Positions 24,905-37,100 of a stretch of DNA of 64,000 nucleotides are shown here, in pieces (the first letter of the stretch is position 1; every line of letters starts with the position of its first letter). A model generated the notes under the pieces. It was given only the letters and a program-made list of their open reading frames with translations, was not told the DNA's origin and searched no databases. Source of the DNA: Balanoglossus misakiensis. Lineage: Eukaryota; Animalia; Hemichordata. Where the stretch lies: assembly GCA_040954595.2 (NCBI GenBank), contig CM082596.2:2412999-2476998 (forward strand), given 5' to 3'. Both the position numbers and the translations under genes were made by a program.

Positions 24905-25150
24905 TAGCTAACAGAGCAATAAAAGTACAATACAGTACTAGGAATTAAACTTAGACTCATAAACTATACTGTACAAATAACAAGGAACAATGTAAGTAGA
25001 GACTGAAGATTGATTGAAATACAAGCCCAAGTACAGTGCAACAAAACAGAACAGAAAGGTTCAGGACAATACAGAACATTGCAGTACAGCACACACTACA
25101 GCACCAAGCGTGACAAAACACTATAAGGAGAGTGCAACAAATACAGACCA
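24905..25150. repeat. Degenerate pentanucleotide-type simple repeat (ACAGT/ACAAT/ACAGA-like)
   Basis: Recurring agtac/tacag/aacag units with about 5-bp periodicity. Confidence 0.55.
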
Positions 25151-27349
25151 CAGTTGAGGACTTTGTTCTGTATCTGTTTATGCACTTTTTATGTCAGATT
25201 CCAGTTATTCAATGAAACTTACGTGTAGACAGACCTTGAAGATTTAAGTAATCATTTGGGCTTATATAGAAAAAAGATGACAATCATAGTATATTGAAGT
25301 GGTGTCTCAAAGATTACAAATAGTTGCCTGTCTGTTCTTGTTGCTTGGTTATACTAGTAAGAGTGCTGATAAGGATAGGGTAACTGGCCCTTTCACCACC
25401 ATGGTTTGGTCCAAATCCATTGTTTTCTATGGTAAACTTGGACCTCTTGGCAGTCACCTGTTGATGGGTTCACAGAAATCCATTCAGAGATTTGATTGGA
25501 TTGTTACGAGATCTTCACAATCTTGATTGGTTCACTGAAATTGATTTCAGGTCCAAGAAACCAATCTCAATGCATTTTCCTCTACCCCCGGGTACTTCAA
25601 AACCAACATGACACTGCCAGGTAATTCTGTACTCAAAGAGCGGAAACCCAGAATCAAATTACAAAATAAATTGATAACACTGAAATTAACTAAAATACTG
25701 ATAAAAAGATGGTTTCCTGATCATTAATGTCAAATAGCAACTACATAATATCACTTGCAGAATCTGTTACATAGTTCACACACACAAAAACACTTCTGTA
25801 GATTTTTTTTGTAATCTACCAGTAAATCATTGGCTGAGTAATCATAAAGAGTGAGGTCACACAAAAGTTGCCAAATAACTGCCATAGTGTTGAAAATTTT
25901 GATAAGGGGCACTCACAAAAAAATCTGAAAATAGACCTGAATGTACCATGATTTATTCACCCGTGGCGTAGTTCGTTTGAATGAGACGGAGTGGGGGTGG
26001 GTGATTTTGGCACTTGCAATTCTGCCATGAGATCAGTTTTGAACAGATTTGCTGACATTGAATTTTATTTGTTGATTTAATGATTATTCATGGGGCTGGT
26101 GTAATCAGATTTCACTCAGGAAAGGAAAGGAGATGACAATACAGACAGATCTAGTCACTGAGGTGTTGTTGATTATGACTAAGTTTTTAGTCACTGCAGC
26201 AATCAGAGGGCCGATCGATCGATTGTCAGCAATTTACAGAAGAGACCAGTCACCAGAATATGGCCTGGCGGAGTACCAAACAAACCAAAGTAGGGGGTCA
26301 TTGAGAGGTCACCCCACAACAAACACAACAAACAGATAAATCAACTTCTGAGGCATTTTGGAAGTGGGGTCTAGACACAGGTCATACCACTGAAAGATGA
26401 CCTTAGGTCAGTCAACAAGGTCAGCCAGATGAATTATCTGGTTGCCTGGCAACCATATCAGCCACTCCTGGCAGTTTACCAAACCACATGACTTGGGGTG
26501 AGAAAGAAATTTTGGCAAGTTGGTCGGCTGGTTTCGTAGCCTGTTGTTGCTTGTCTGGTCTCGTCTTTTCTTTTCTTTCCCGGGGGTCAGTCTCACACCA
26601 ATCTCTCAGTAAGTTATATCTGCATTTTGATATGCACTTTACTCCCTTTCTTGGCTTACAACTGACCGACCAGTAGCAAACACGGCTGCTTCCACATTCA
26701 ACCAACACCTTTGAGATTGACCTCCACCATATGCAGCCGGCCGGCAGACACACATTCTCTCACCCAAAGGAACTGCCAACGGCAAGTCCTGCTATTGAGA
26801 GAAACAGACCAGATACACCCTGATATCTTTCAAATTAAAAACTGCTGACAATCGGAGCCTCATCACCTCAGGGGGGTTTAAAAAAAACTGCACTGTACCA
26901 TCGTCACACGCAGTCTTACACAATCAACCGATACACTTAAACAGTGGCAAAAACATGGAGTTTTAAGCTCTCTGCATCTACTAAGTCATAATTATTGGCC
27001 TCACAAAACCACAACATGTGCTAATGGTCATTGACCTAGTTGCAAAGGTATGCATTAATATCTTTGGAACTGGGGATTTTCTCCTGTCACTACCAGCTAT
27101 CAAGAGAACTTTATACCATCAATAATTCACCACATCAGATTGGGCGCAGTGATAATACAAACCAAACACTGATAGGGTTAGCCTTCTTATCTCAACTGGA
27201 GTCTTTAATATCTACAGTGTAAATTGTGCGCCTGGCCAGTGCAGTGCAGCATTATCAAAATCAAACAATAGTTATTTTGGTAGTACTGATCTGGCAAGGT
27301 CCAGCCACTCCCCCAGTCTGGGTGACAAAAGTCAAACTGGTAGATCCTG

Positions 27350-27585
27350 GATAGGAGGATGTGCAGGGGGGATTTGATTTGAGGGAAGGAGGATAGGGAA
27401 CTTTGGTTGAGGAGTCAGGGTGGCATTTTCAAAGGGGGGGGGGTTTAAAGCAGGGGGAGGTGCTCTGGGTCCTTTGAAATGGGGGATTAGGTACTTAGGG
27501 GGTGTAAAGTGAGTCGTAATGCTGAGAGGAGGCAGAAGAGGTAGGTGAGTTAGAAGGTGGGGGGGGGGGGTTGAGTTGAGGGAGT
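27350..27585 (+). repeat. G/purine-rich low-complexity tract with many G-runs
   Basis: GGG to G11-12 runs separated by short A/T spacers; C nearly absent on the + strand. Confidence 0.7.
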
Positions 27586-30500
27586 ACAGCATTTTTAATT
27601 TGAAGGAGTTATGTATGGTTGAGCCAGTGTGGTATTTTTAAAATATCACACAATTAGATCTGAGATTAGACCATGTTTTGGAATGTCAGGGGGAGGGGCA
27701 GAAAATTAACAAATTAAAGTCCAAAATCAACATTGTTATTACAATAATGCTGGCTTTTCAGTTTATTATGACTAGCATTACTTACTAAGGGCACATTGGG
27801 AGGGAACTCATGGAAGGCCAGAGGTCTGAATCAACCACTACTCAACACAATCAACCTCAGCTAGTCTGAATTCGACAGATACAGTTTAATCCTTCCAAGT
27901 CCCACTGATTCCTGACAAATCACAAGCATTCCACTTCATACAGATCACAAGTCAAAGTGTCTGTAAGCACTCTTCACAAAAACAAATGATTTAACCACCA
28001 TGCAAATACACATAATTTTTTTCACCAGACTGGGAAACACCATGCATAATCAAGTTTTCATACTTTTCCCCCATTTTAATATTTATTTGAATATCCAAAT
28101 TGCTACACCTGGTTACCACTGAAGTGGATTCAAAGAAACAAAATCAAATCAAATCACCTAATATTGACACCAGACTGGTAGTATTTCAATTGAATCAAAC
28201 AAATCTTCAGTAATTACACAGATAAACAGCCAGTGTGGTTTTACATAACAAGATTATCTCCACTCAGGAGGCTGATCAAGCAACCACACAGGGCACAGGT
28301 GTTCTGCACACAGCAGGGAGATATGAATAAGCCTTGACCAGACACTAGATGAACCCCTGCCCTAAAACCACAGGCCAAGAGTTCATTTAACCAATGTCAG
28401 TTTATGATTCATTTTTTCCCAGTGATGTGAAAAATACCTTAAATACAAGTACATGTACAAAATTTGGTGGTTCGATTAATATCACCAAAACTCGCAGATT
28501 CTAGACTAAGTCTCAGCAGGTATCGCTCACAGACAGAAGAATGTATCTCCTGGTCCTCTAAGAATTTATTTGTCATGTTTCCTGTTCAAGTCTGGACCCC
28601 CCCCCCCCCCCCCCAGCCAACCCCGCTCAGAAATACTGCATGTCCGAACATTTCAGTTTCAGTGGCTGAGTCACACTACACAACAACAAACCAGGGGTGA
28701 GAAGGTTACCGGTAAACATACAGTCAAAATTATTAAGTCATCCTTCAGTTGACTTAATCATGTTAGTGCTTGATCTATTTCAGTTTCTATGGAAACCACT
28801 ACACTTGATAGTATCAATCACATGAAATACCGCTATTATCAGCTTTTTTCCCACTGAAATTTAATTCATCCTTGATCAGGAGATATGTCCTCTATCTGAA
28901 CTTTTCAAAAATAACAAGTTTATCACTCTAGATCTTGATCATTTGGATTTTAGACTACCTCATCCCTTGTGACCCAAGATTGACAAAAAGCTGTCCCTTT
29001 TCAAGAAAGAGTTGGCAGTTTCGAAGTTAACTACAGCCACATTACCACACTGGCCCTCAATACGCTTCCAGAATGCCATTTGGCCGAGATAAATGTAAGT
29101 CTACAAGAGGTCGGGCGTCTGTCACCAGTCAATCCACATCTGAGATAATTGTATTTGATTTTAAGCACAGTCATGTATACTGTACATAATGCTATCACAC
29201 AAACACAACTCTCACGGAACACGCACCATGCTCACAAATTTCAAACCTCAAACACCCCATCCACATGTATGTGAGTTCAGGTTTCCCAAAAAGGAAAGTC
29301 AGTGATTGAGCGCCACTCCTGATAAGGATAGAGGAAATTTCAAAAGTTCTGAAATCAAAACTATCAAGCATGTGTTGTGTGTGTTCTCCTGAGGAGAGTA
29401 AACCACAAGTGACAAAAATACACTGTGGCTATTTGTATTGCTGTGTTTCGCCTAGTGATAGTGTTTGCACAGTGACTGTCCCAACATGGAACTTTAATAT
29501 CAAAGCCAACATGTGGCGCATCTGGCTTTTCCAAGTCCCAAGCCTCTGCTGTTCTTTCAGAAGTCTCGACCAAACTCGACAACACCTCCCAAGAATTCAG
29601 CGGTGTGAGGAAGTGTGAGATTTATGTTTTGACAAATTGTTGACGTTCACCTTGGTCACCCCTTCAGTTAGATGAATGGGATTGTCCGCTTCAGATAACG
29701 GATCATACCAAACCTTGTACGTGGGTGGGGTGGGGTGACAGTGAATTCTACCACTCATATTTTCCCCTCTCTTTTATCTTGCCTGTACGCTGGAAAACTG
29801 ATGCCGTTTTATTTGCACCTCACACATGATGTGAACTCACTGATCCAGAAAACTATGATAATACCATTAAATAATTTCAGTTCAGTCACGCAGAAACAAA
29901 ATCATGTTGCTAAATTGATTTGATAATGGATACACTGACTCGAGTGATCCAATATGATAAATAATGCGGTAGAGACAAATGAGAGATACTGTAAGTTGTA
30001 TTTTTGTTTTTATTTAAAAACATGATTCATCTCAAAACCAACATGGTATGTGAAAACAGTGTTATTCACACTTGTACAATTTATCCAGGTCCTGGTCTGG
30101 ATCTGACTTGGCCAATAGCTCTCTTTTCTATGCCAAAATCAACAGCAAAGGTTCAGACAAAAACATGGGTTGGAAGTTTGAAAATCCACCAACTCGGGTA
30201 AATTTCTCTTCAAGTAGTCCACTAACCACTCACAGGTGTACCACACCTGTCTGCTGTTGCATGATGGGATTGGACCGCAGCGCAAACACCGTTACCAACA
30301 GAAACTGCTCAAGTATTCACCACAGCCCTGTATCAGATCGCCCAAGAGGCCAAAATTAACGGAACACGTAAAGTACGCAGACAGAACTCAGAGCAAAGAT
30401 GACCACTGTATTCTCACCACATTCACATCTCCTCATGAAACTCTGTAACCTACTTTTTCTCTCAGGCCACTTTGTGTACACAACCCATAAAACTTTACCC

Positions 30501-32039
30501 AGTCATCCAGAATTCATTCTCAAAATGTAGCCAGTAACATTAGCACTGGCTATCAGCTTACACCATCATGCATTTACTTTAAATTGTTTCTGCCTGACTA
30601 AAAATCTCAATAACAAACCCTCCCTCTCACGAACCCACCTCAGCGTTACTCATTTGAATATCACGCACAGTGGAAAAGAAAACAGTTTGTTGGTTTTTTA
30701 GTGATGATGTAAAACACAAAATATTACCACACACAGCAAGCTACCCCTTCACAGACACCCCACATCAAGTCACTGCCACTACAATTGGCTGAAGTGCTTT
30801 CCCTATGGGGCTAAGTGACTCCAAAGAGAGCTTCTCATATTACGGAAACAACTTCTAAACTTGCACGCACCCCTCTGGCCAATATGGTATCTCCCGGAGA
30901 ATCAGAAACCTTCCTTTTCTCTCTCGCTGCACATGCAGACCAGCCAAGCCATTAAAAAATTCTCTTCAGGCTCTCACAGACGAATGACTAGCTTTGCTTT
31001 ACAAAGGTCACACCAGCGATATAAACCAAAGTCTTACATGATTACGCATGTATTGAGTTCAGACCACACTCTCTAAATATAGACAGAATCCGACTCAAGT
31101 GGAACATTCCGAGTTCAAAAGTGCAGGATCCACTCATCCGGACAAGATATACCGACCGACGAAGTTGAAATCTTATAAGTTGCTGGGCACACTGAATGTC
31201 AACTTGTGCGGAATGACAGCCATTGCAAAGTCATTGAACCTGTCAGGCGGTATCTAATTACACATCGGTAAAATGTCACATGGCTTCCTGGCATGTCAAT
31301 TTATATCACCGACATATATCAATCTATCTTTCAGATCTTATACCTTGCAAACTTTACTCCGAGCCCGACATGGCCATCTTACATCTGGCACGCTGCTTTA
31401 ATAGGATTTGCAAGTTCTTTGCCAGAGACAAGGTTTTTTGTGTTGATTCACTGTAAGTGGTGGATAATAATTAAGCTCTACACTCTTCAAAACTCTGCAC
31501 ATTTGCAGCGAGACATGCCTTTACAATGTGGTTCTTGATTACTGAGGACCGCCGTTTTCTTTCAATGCCCTGGGACCGGATTTTTCATAAGCTATAGGTA
31601 ACCACCCCTGCATTATCTCTTGTGTTGAATTACAGTCCACTTGCAAAGCCCCCCTTTTCTTATAATCACACAGAATGAAAAGCCCTGCACGCTGAATGGA
31701 CTCTATATAGGTTGCGCAAAAAAACGCCCCACTTCAGATTATACATGTAAGTGCGCATAACTAGTCCACATGGAAACTCAGCCCTGCTCATGCGCAGAGA
31801 AGCACAGTTTTTTTCAAAACAGCGATTTTGTTTGTAGGCTGGGGAACCGCCCCCTAAAATTGGATATCTCGTTAGTTAACCCCGGTTCTCAGCCCACACA
31901 CAAGTATTCCTGCTCTGAGTAAGACCGAGTACTGGGGCTGTGGAACAGATGAGATGATCACATGTAGGCTAGGAATTGGGCACTCTGAAACTAAGTCGAT
32001 CCTTACTGCCGGAAACTTTCCAGCCTTAACACGCAGAAT

Positions 32040-32083
32040 CTATCCCTGCGATTTCTGGGTTGCTACGGGAATCGCAAGGATAG
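32040..32083. repeat. Imperfect 18-bp inverted repeat with 8-nt loop
   Basis: ctatccctgcgatttctg-ggttgcta-cgggaatcgcaaggatag (15/18 complementary). Confidence 0.7.
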
Positions 32084-34113
32084 CTTCTAGCCGGTATCAG
32101 TACCATCCCTGATCTGCCAAAGAGATTTTCGCGCCATGAGTGCGCCATATCCCACTGATCCAAACTCCGCTCTAATTTCATTCAACCATACCTGGTGTAC
32201 TTCAGTCCTGATCAAGTTTCTGATCAATCGGCTGAGTGTATGCATGACCATGGACATCTCAAAGTACATCCATGGCGTGACTGGTGTATGTAAACACCCT
32301 GCATAGACTTGGGACAAGTCTATCTGCTGTCAAGGGAAGCCATACAAAATCATGTCAAATGCAATTTTTTCATTTCTACCAACATCAAAATTCTCACTGC
32401 GATAATAAAATTTTCAGCTTTGCAAATAAAATTTCCATTCAAATAAAATATGCACTCAGTTGATTATTGAAGAAGCCGTTGTGACACGTGCAGACATTAG
32501 CAAACCACAAAGATTGTGTAGCAGCACTAAAATGCAAGTTAAATACGAAGATTTTGGTTCACCGCCTGCACAGCCTTTGTCGAAAAGTCGTCGTTAATTT
32601 TTACTCCTCTTGAAAATTACGAGACGTTACGGGCTGGATAAAGGACATGTCAGCGTAGGAATTTTACGTCTTTGGGTATTTATTGATCATCGCAAGGCAA
32701 CAATTGTCACTTGCGAGTGTCACTCCCAGACCGGACGATGACATATACACGTCCCCGTAAGAAGGAAATTGCGAGGCAGTTTGATTTTTAGTGCGACGAC
32801 GATGAAAAGAAAGAAATCAGCCGATGACTCAGTGAAATGAACAATCATCGATTGGGATGAATCGGACGTGGGCTGAAAGTGCGCAATGAAAAGGTGTTTT
32901 CTCAGTTTGAATCAACATGCTTCTGTCACGTCTTGCCGAGCTGCAGAAGTTGGGGACATTGTTACTTTCAAGACGATCGTTCCTTTCAAGTTCACATGAT
33001 CTATGATGAAATATCACCACCCATAAAAATAGTTCAAGCAAAACCATGGCTGTCAACTAAAATCCTTGCCCGCTGCAGTCTGAAATTACGTTACACTTTA
33101 CCGCCGAAATCAGGGCGTATGTACCCTATATAGACCCAAACGTACCCAGTACTCGCAACACCTCAGGTAATAATTACACCCCGACTTTAAAAAATGCCTG
33201 GCAATATTTCAGCGTGATTTATTAGTCAAGCATGGGTAAATTTAGAATGGGGCTATCTCTGAAGGAAAAAAAACTGGCAGCGTTTTCAGAAGTCACGGTT
33301 TGTGGTTTTTGAAGCACTTGAGAATGTCTCGGCCCGATACAGGTAAATTCATCAAATAAGGCCCCCCTGAGTTGTACTTCAGTTTGTCATCGCCTTATAT
33401 GGAGGGCTCCTCCCTATGGCCGCCACTTGTATCACACCTATGTATAGGTAATGAAAGGAGACCAATCGCACAGGTTAATTCCGACCGACTTGAGGGGTTC
33501 TGCAATTGTATACCGTTGATGATGACACCATAAACAACTTCCTCTCGTCTATTGATGCGATTCAACTGCATTGAAGCCGAACCTAGTTATATGCAAATCA
33601 GAGAACCTGTAATCCCACGGTGAACTCACTCAGCCACTGGGTTGAACGGTGGTTCACCTGATGAAGACACCAGTCCCCGACACAGACATGCTGTCTCTCT
33701 CTCTCACGGGCCTAACCCAACAATCCTAGCATCTCAGTGAAATAACTGAAACTGTACAATTTCAAATGCATGACCAAACAGCTGGGCAACTTCAAATTGC
33801 AGATCTTTTCAGTCCGCGACTTTTTTAAGAATGCAGGGCTCAAAGCGTATTAAAGTGACCACATTTTGAATCAGGGCGGGTTTACAGACGTTCTGATTAA
33901 TGTGTAATCAGTGATGTGTATGGTTCAGCGAAGTTGATGATAATCCACGATAACGATGGTAAATGGTTTCTCCCTTGAAATGAAGCCAACAGTAGAAACG
34001 TCTCACCAACAAATCTCGTACCATCTCAAAAATAGGTTTTCAAACTCTATCGGATGATGCGACTTAGGACATTTTTGTTTAATATATCTGTCTATCTCAT
34101 CTTTCATTTGATT

Positions 34114-34168
34114 GTCAGTCAGTCAGTCTGTCTGTCTGTCTGTTTGTCCATTTGTCTGTCTGTCTGTC
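34114..34168. repeat. (CAGT)n/(CTGT)n microsatellite
   Basis: gtcagtcagtcagtctgtctgtctgtc... Confidence 0.85.
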
Positions 34169-37100
34169 TTATTAGTTTGTTCAAGAAGTTGACCGTCACT
34201 TGCTAGTCTTTAAATGAGGTACAGACAGGTTTAAGTTTTCATCATTTTCGCAAGTCTGATCTAGAACAGGTTGACCTGCAAGTACCGATACATGTGGTCA
34301 TCACCAAGTTGTTGTCCTGTGCTTACAAAAAGTTTCTAAAAGTTCTCTCTTTATGGCAGTCCACTGCTGAGGCTTTCATTTCTGAAGTTGAATGGACACA
34401 GTTCAGGCTGAAAGGCGCAAACAACCCTTGGCTGCCCACACGCACACATCATTCAAACTTGTTTGTGAGTTCGACACAAGTGGAGGGGCAATGTCCACTG
34501 CACGCACGCGAGATGTGACAGTCCGATAAAACTGTCCGATAACGACCCGACTACTGATTTCCTGATTATCTCCGGTATCCCGATAAAAACGTCAGATCGG
34601 ATAAGACAAACACACGGAGATGTGCTGTACCTCATGTACCCTGGTCACATCGCGGTTAACATGGCTGCTTGCTTGGCTGCCTTAATTATTAAAAGCCACT
34701 TTTAAATCACAATGATGTACAGACCGGTGAATGGAAGCGCAAAACACAATGCACAGAATAGAATCCGACCACAAAAGTGCATCACAACATCCCCTTTTTC
34801 AGTGCCAGCCAAGAGCAGCGGACGGTAATTAAAACAGTTAAATCAGTTTAATTAGCGTACACCTCACAGCGATTCTTTGTGAGCGGAGCACAGATTTCAT
34901 CCTCAAGCAGTCCGCTCTGATTTTGAACTTTTTGTTTGAGAAACTTCAGGTGGCCCATTGCAATAGGGGCTTACATTGGCCGCCCTCCACAAGCCCCACT
35001 GAGCTTTCTCTGCAAGAGCGGAATGGTTAATTACGTTGCAGTTAGAGGGGAGGTCTCTAATTGTCAATTGCCAGCCATGCTGCTGGCCCTGGGGGGGGGG
35101 GGGGGAAACAGACAATATGAAAGGGAGTGGTAGTGTCTTCAATCTGAAACCACTGTCTTGGTTGTTTACATCTGCTTCAATTGTCCCTTGTGCAGCAATC
35201 AATGTGGCCTGGAAACTCTCACCTCTACAATATATTCTTGCATTCTCAAACCTTGGGGGGGGGGGGGGGGGGGAGAATTCCTTGGATAACCATGGTCTAT
35301 AAATTTTCACCAAAAACTGCCCAAAGTCAGGGGATTTAGGCTAATTTAATAGGTCAGGAGATCTCGGTCATGTCAAACGAGAAAATCCGTTACAGCACAC
35401 ATAATACACCTTCCAGGTATCGTTATGAAACAGAGACCGTTAAACTGATTAGATTTCACCAACATGAACCCGGGCTGCATTCTAGATTTTTAATATCAAA
35501 TGTCTGTGTCACTGAGTGATATACGTATTTTCAAAAAGGTACTCCAATCTCATTGGTTGACAAGTGAGAAGGCCTGGCCAATTAAAAAAGTCTCTTTCTG
35601 GCGTGGTACATCGTGGTATCATATTCTGTTCTCAGTTTGCTTGCATGTTGAGGTCCATCCATTAACACATGCTGGAAATATTTTCAAACTTAAGAACAGC
35701 GCATTTATTTTTTTGAGAACATTATCTTTAATTTTAACAGGCAATGAAACAAATGCAGCCCCAAAAAGCTCACAGCTGTGTCAATCACAAACATCGGTAT
35801 CCTTGAAAAGATACTATAAGATTATTAAAATATCATGCACTTGAAAAAAATTACACAACTCGAACAGGAATCACATCTCTAGACTTCCATAAGAAACAAT
35901 GCAATTTCCAAGAGGCCAAAAAAGAAGAAAAGAATTTCTTTTTCAATTTTGACATCTAGATATCTTTTCACTGTGATTTTGAAGGACTCTCAACTTGTCA
36001 CTATGGAAACCACTTCTTGAAAATTACAAGAACTTGTCTGACTATCTTGAGTGTGTCCCCCACCCCAAAATGATTACTGTATTATGAAGATGGCCACAGA
36101 CAGGATCTCAGTTCCCATGATCAAATTAACACTGCCATTCTTAATTCTCAATGACAGGGATGTGTTTCCATTGAACAAGACACCAGAGTAGCGTGTAAAC
36201 TATCATATAGACATCTAATTTTTTGCACACTGCACCATAATCAGGTCTGTAAACTTCCGGAAAAAAGTCAACAAATAAGTTTAGGGAATTATTCATCAAC
36301 GTTATTTACCGACCGACCGTTTGCTCCAGGGGCCACGAGAGCAAGGTAAAATTCCGACACATTCTACAAAAGCCGAATTGTCTCTCTCTCTCTCTCATCT
36401 CATTGCATGACTGCCTTTCATTTTGATGCAAATTCGGCAAAGAGTTATTCAACTCTGGCCGTCAAAAGAAACCAAAACAAGTTTCGGGGACAGTGTTTTT
36501 GCGTTGTGGGTTTGTTTGAATGTCGCATGCATGCACCAGTCGGACACACGTGGCTTGGCAAATCTCATCTCATGACAAGCTTTTCATTGATGTAGGCGAG
36601 GGCGAAATACTAACCACAAGTGAAATTTGACCATCAGCAACTTTGCTCGGGCAGCTACATGCAAGAACAGATATGGTGCGAGTCTGACCACCTACTCGAT
36701 TTTTTTACCAGTCTAGACTGCCGCCCTAAATCACCTCTGGCCGTAAAATTGTATCACAGGGTGACTTAAACTGTAAACCACTCAACACCAATTTCGCCAG
36801 AACGGCCAGGCCGACTCTGACAGCGCAATAACCCCAACCAACCCCCAAGGGAAACACCTGATAAGGGTGTACTTTACTGGAGAGTTGAGTTAATAATCAA
36901 ACTGCACAACACCAGCATACTTTGGTCATCTATGGAAACAGGCCCTGTTTATGGCGAGCTATTTCCAAAGTTCTGTTTGTTCGCGATACCAGAGAAGTCA
37001 TTAGCAAACAGGCCTGTCAAATATAAAAAACAATTAAGTCATGAGCACTTAAACAGTGTACGGCAATGTATAATGTTGACTGTTTCTCCCGATCTTCTCC

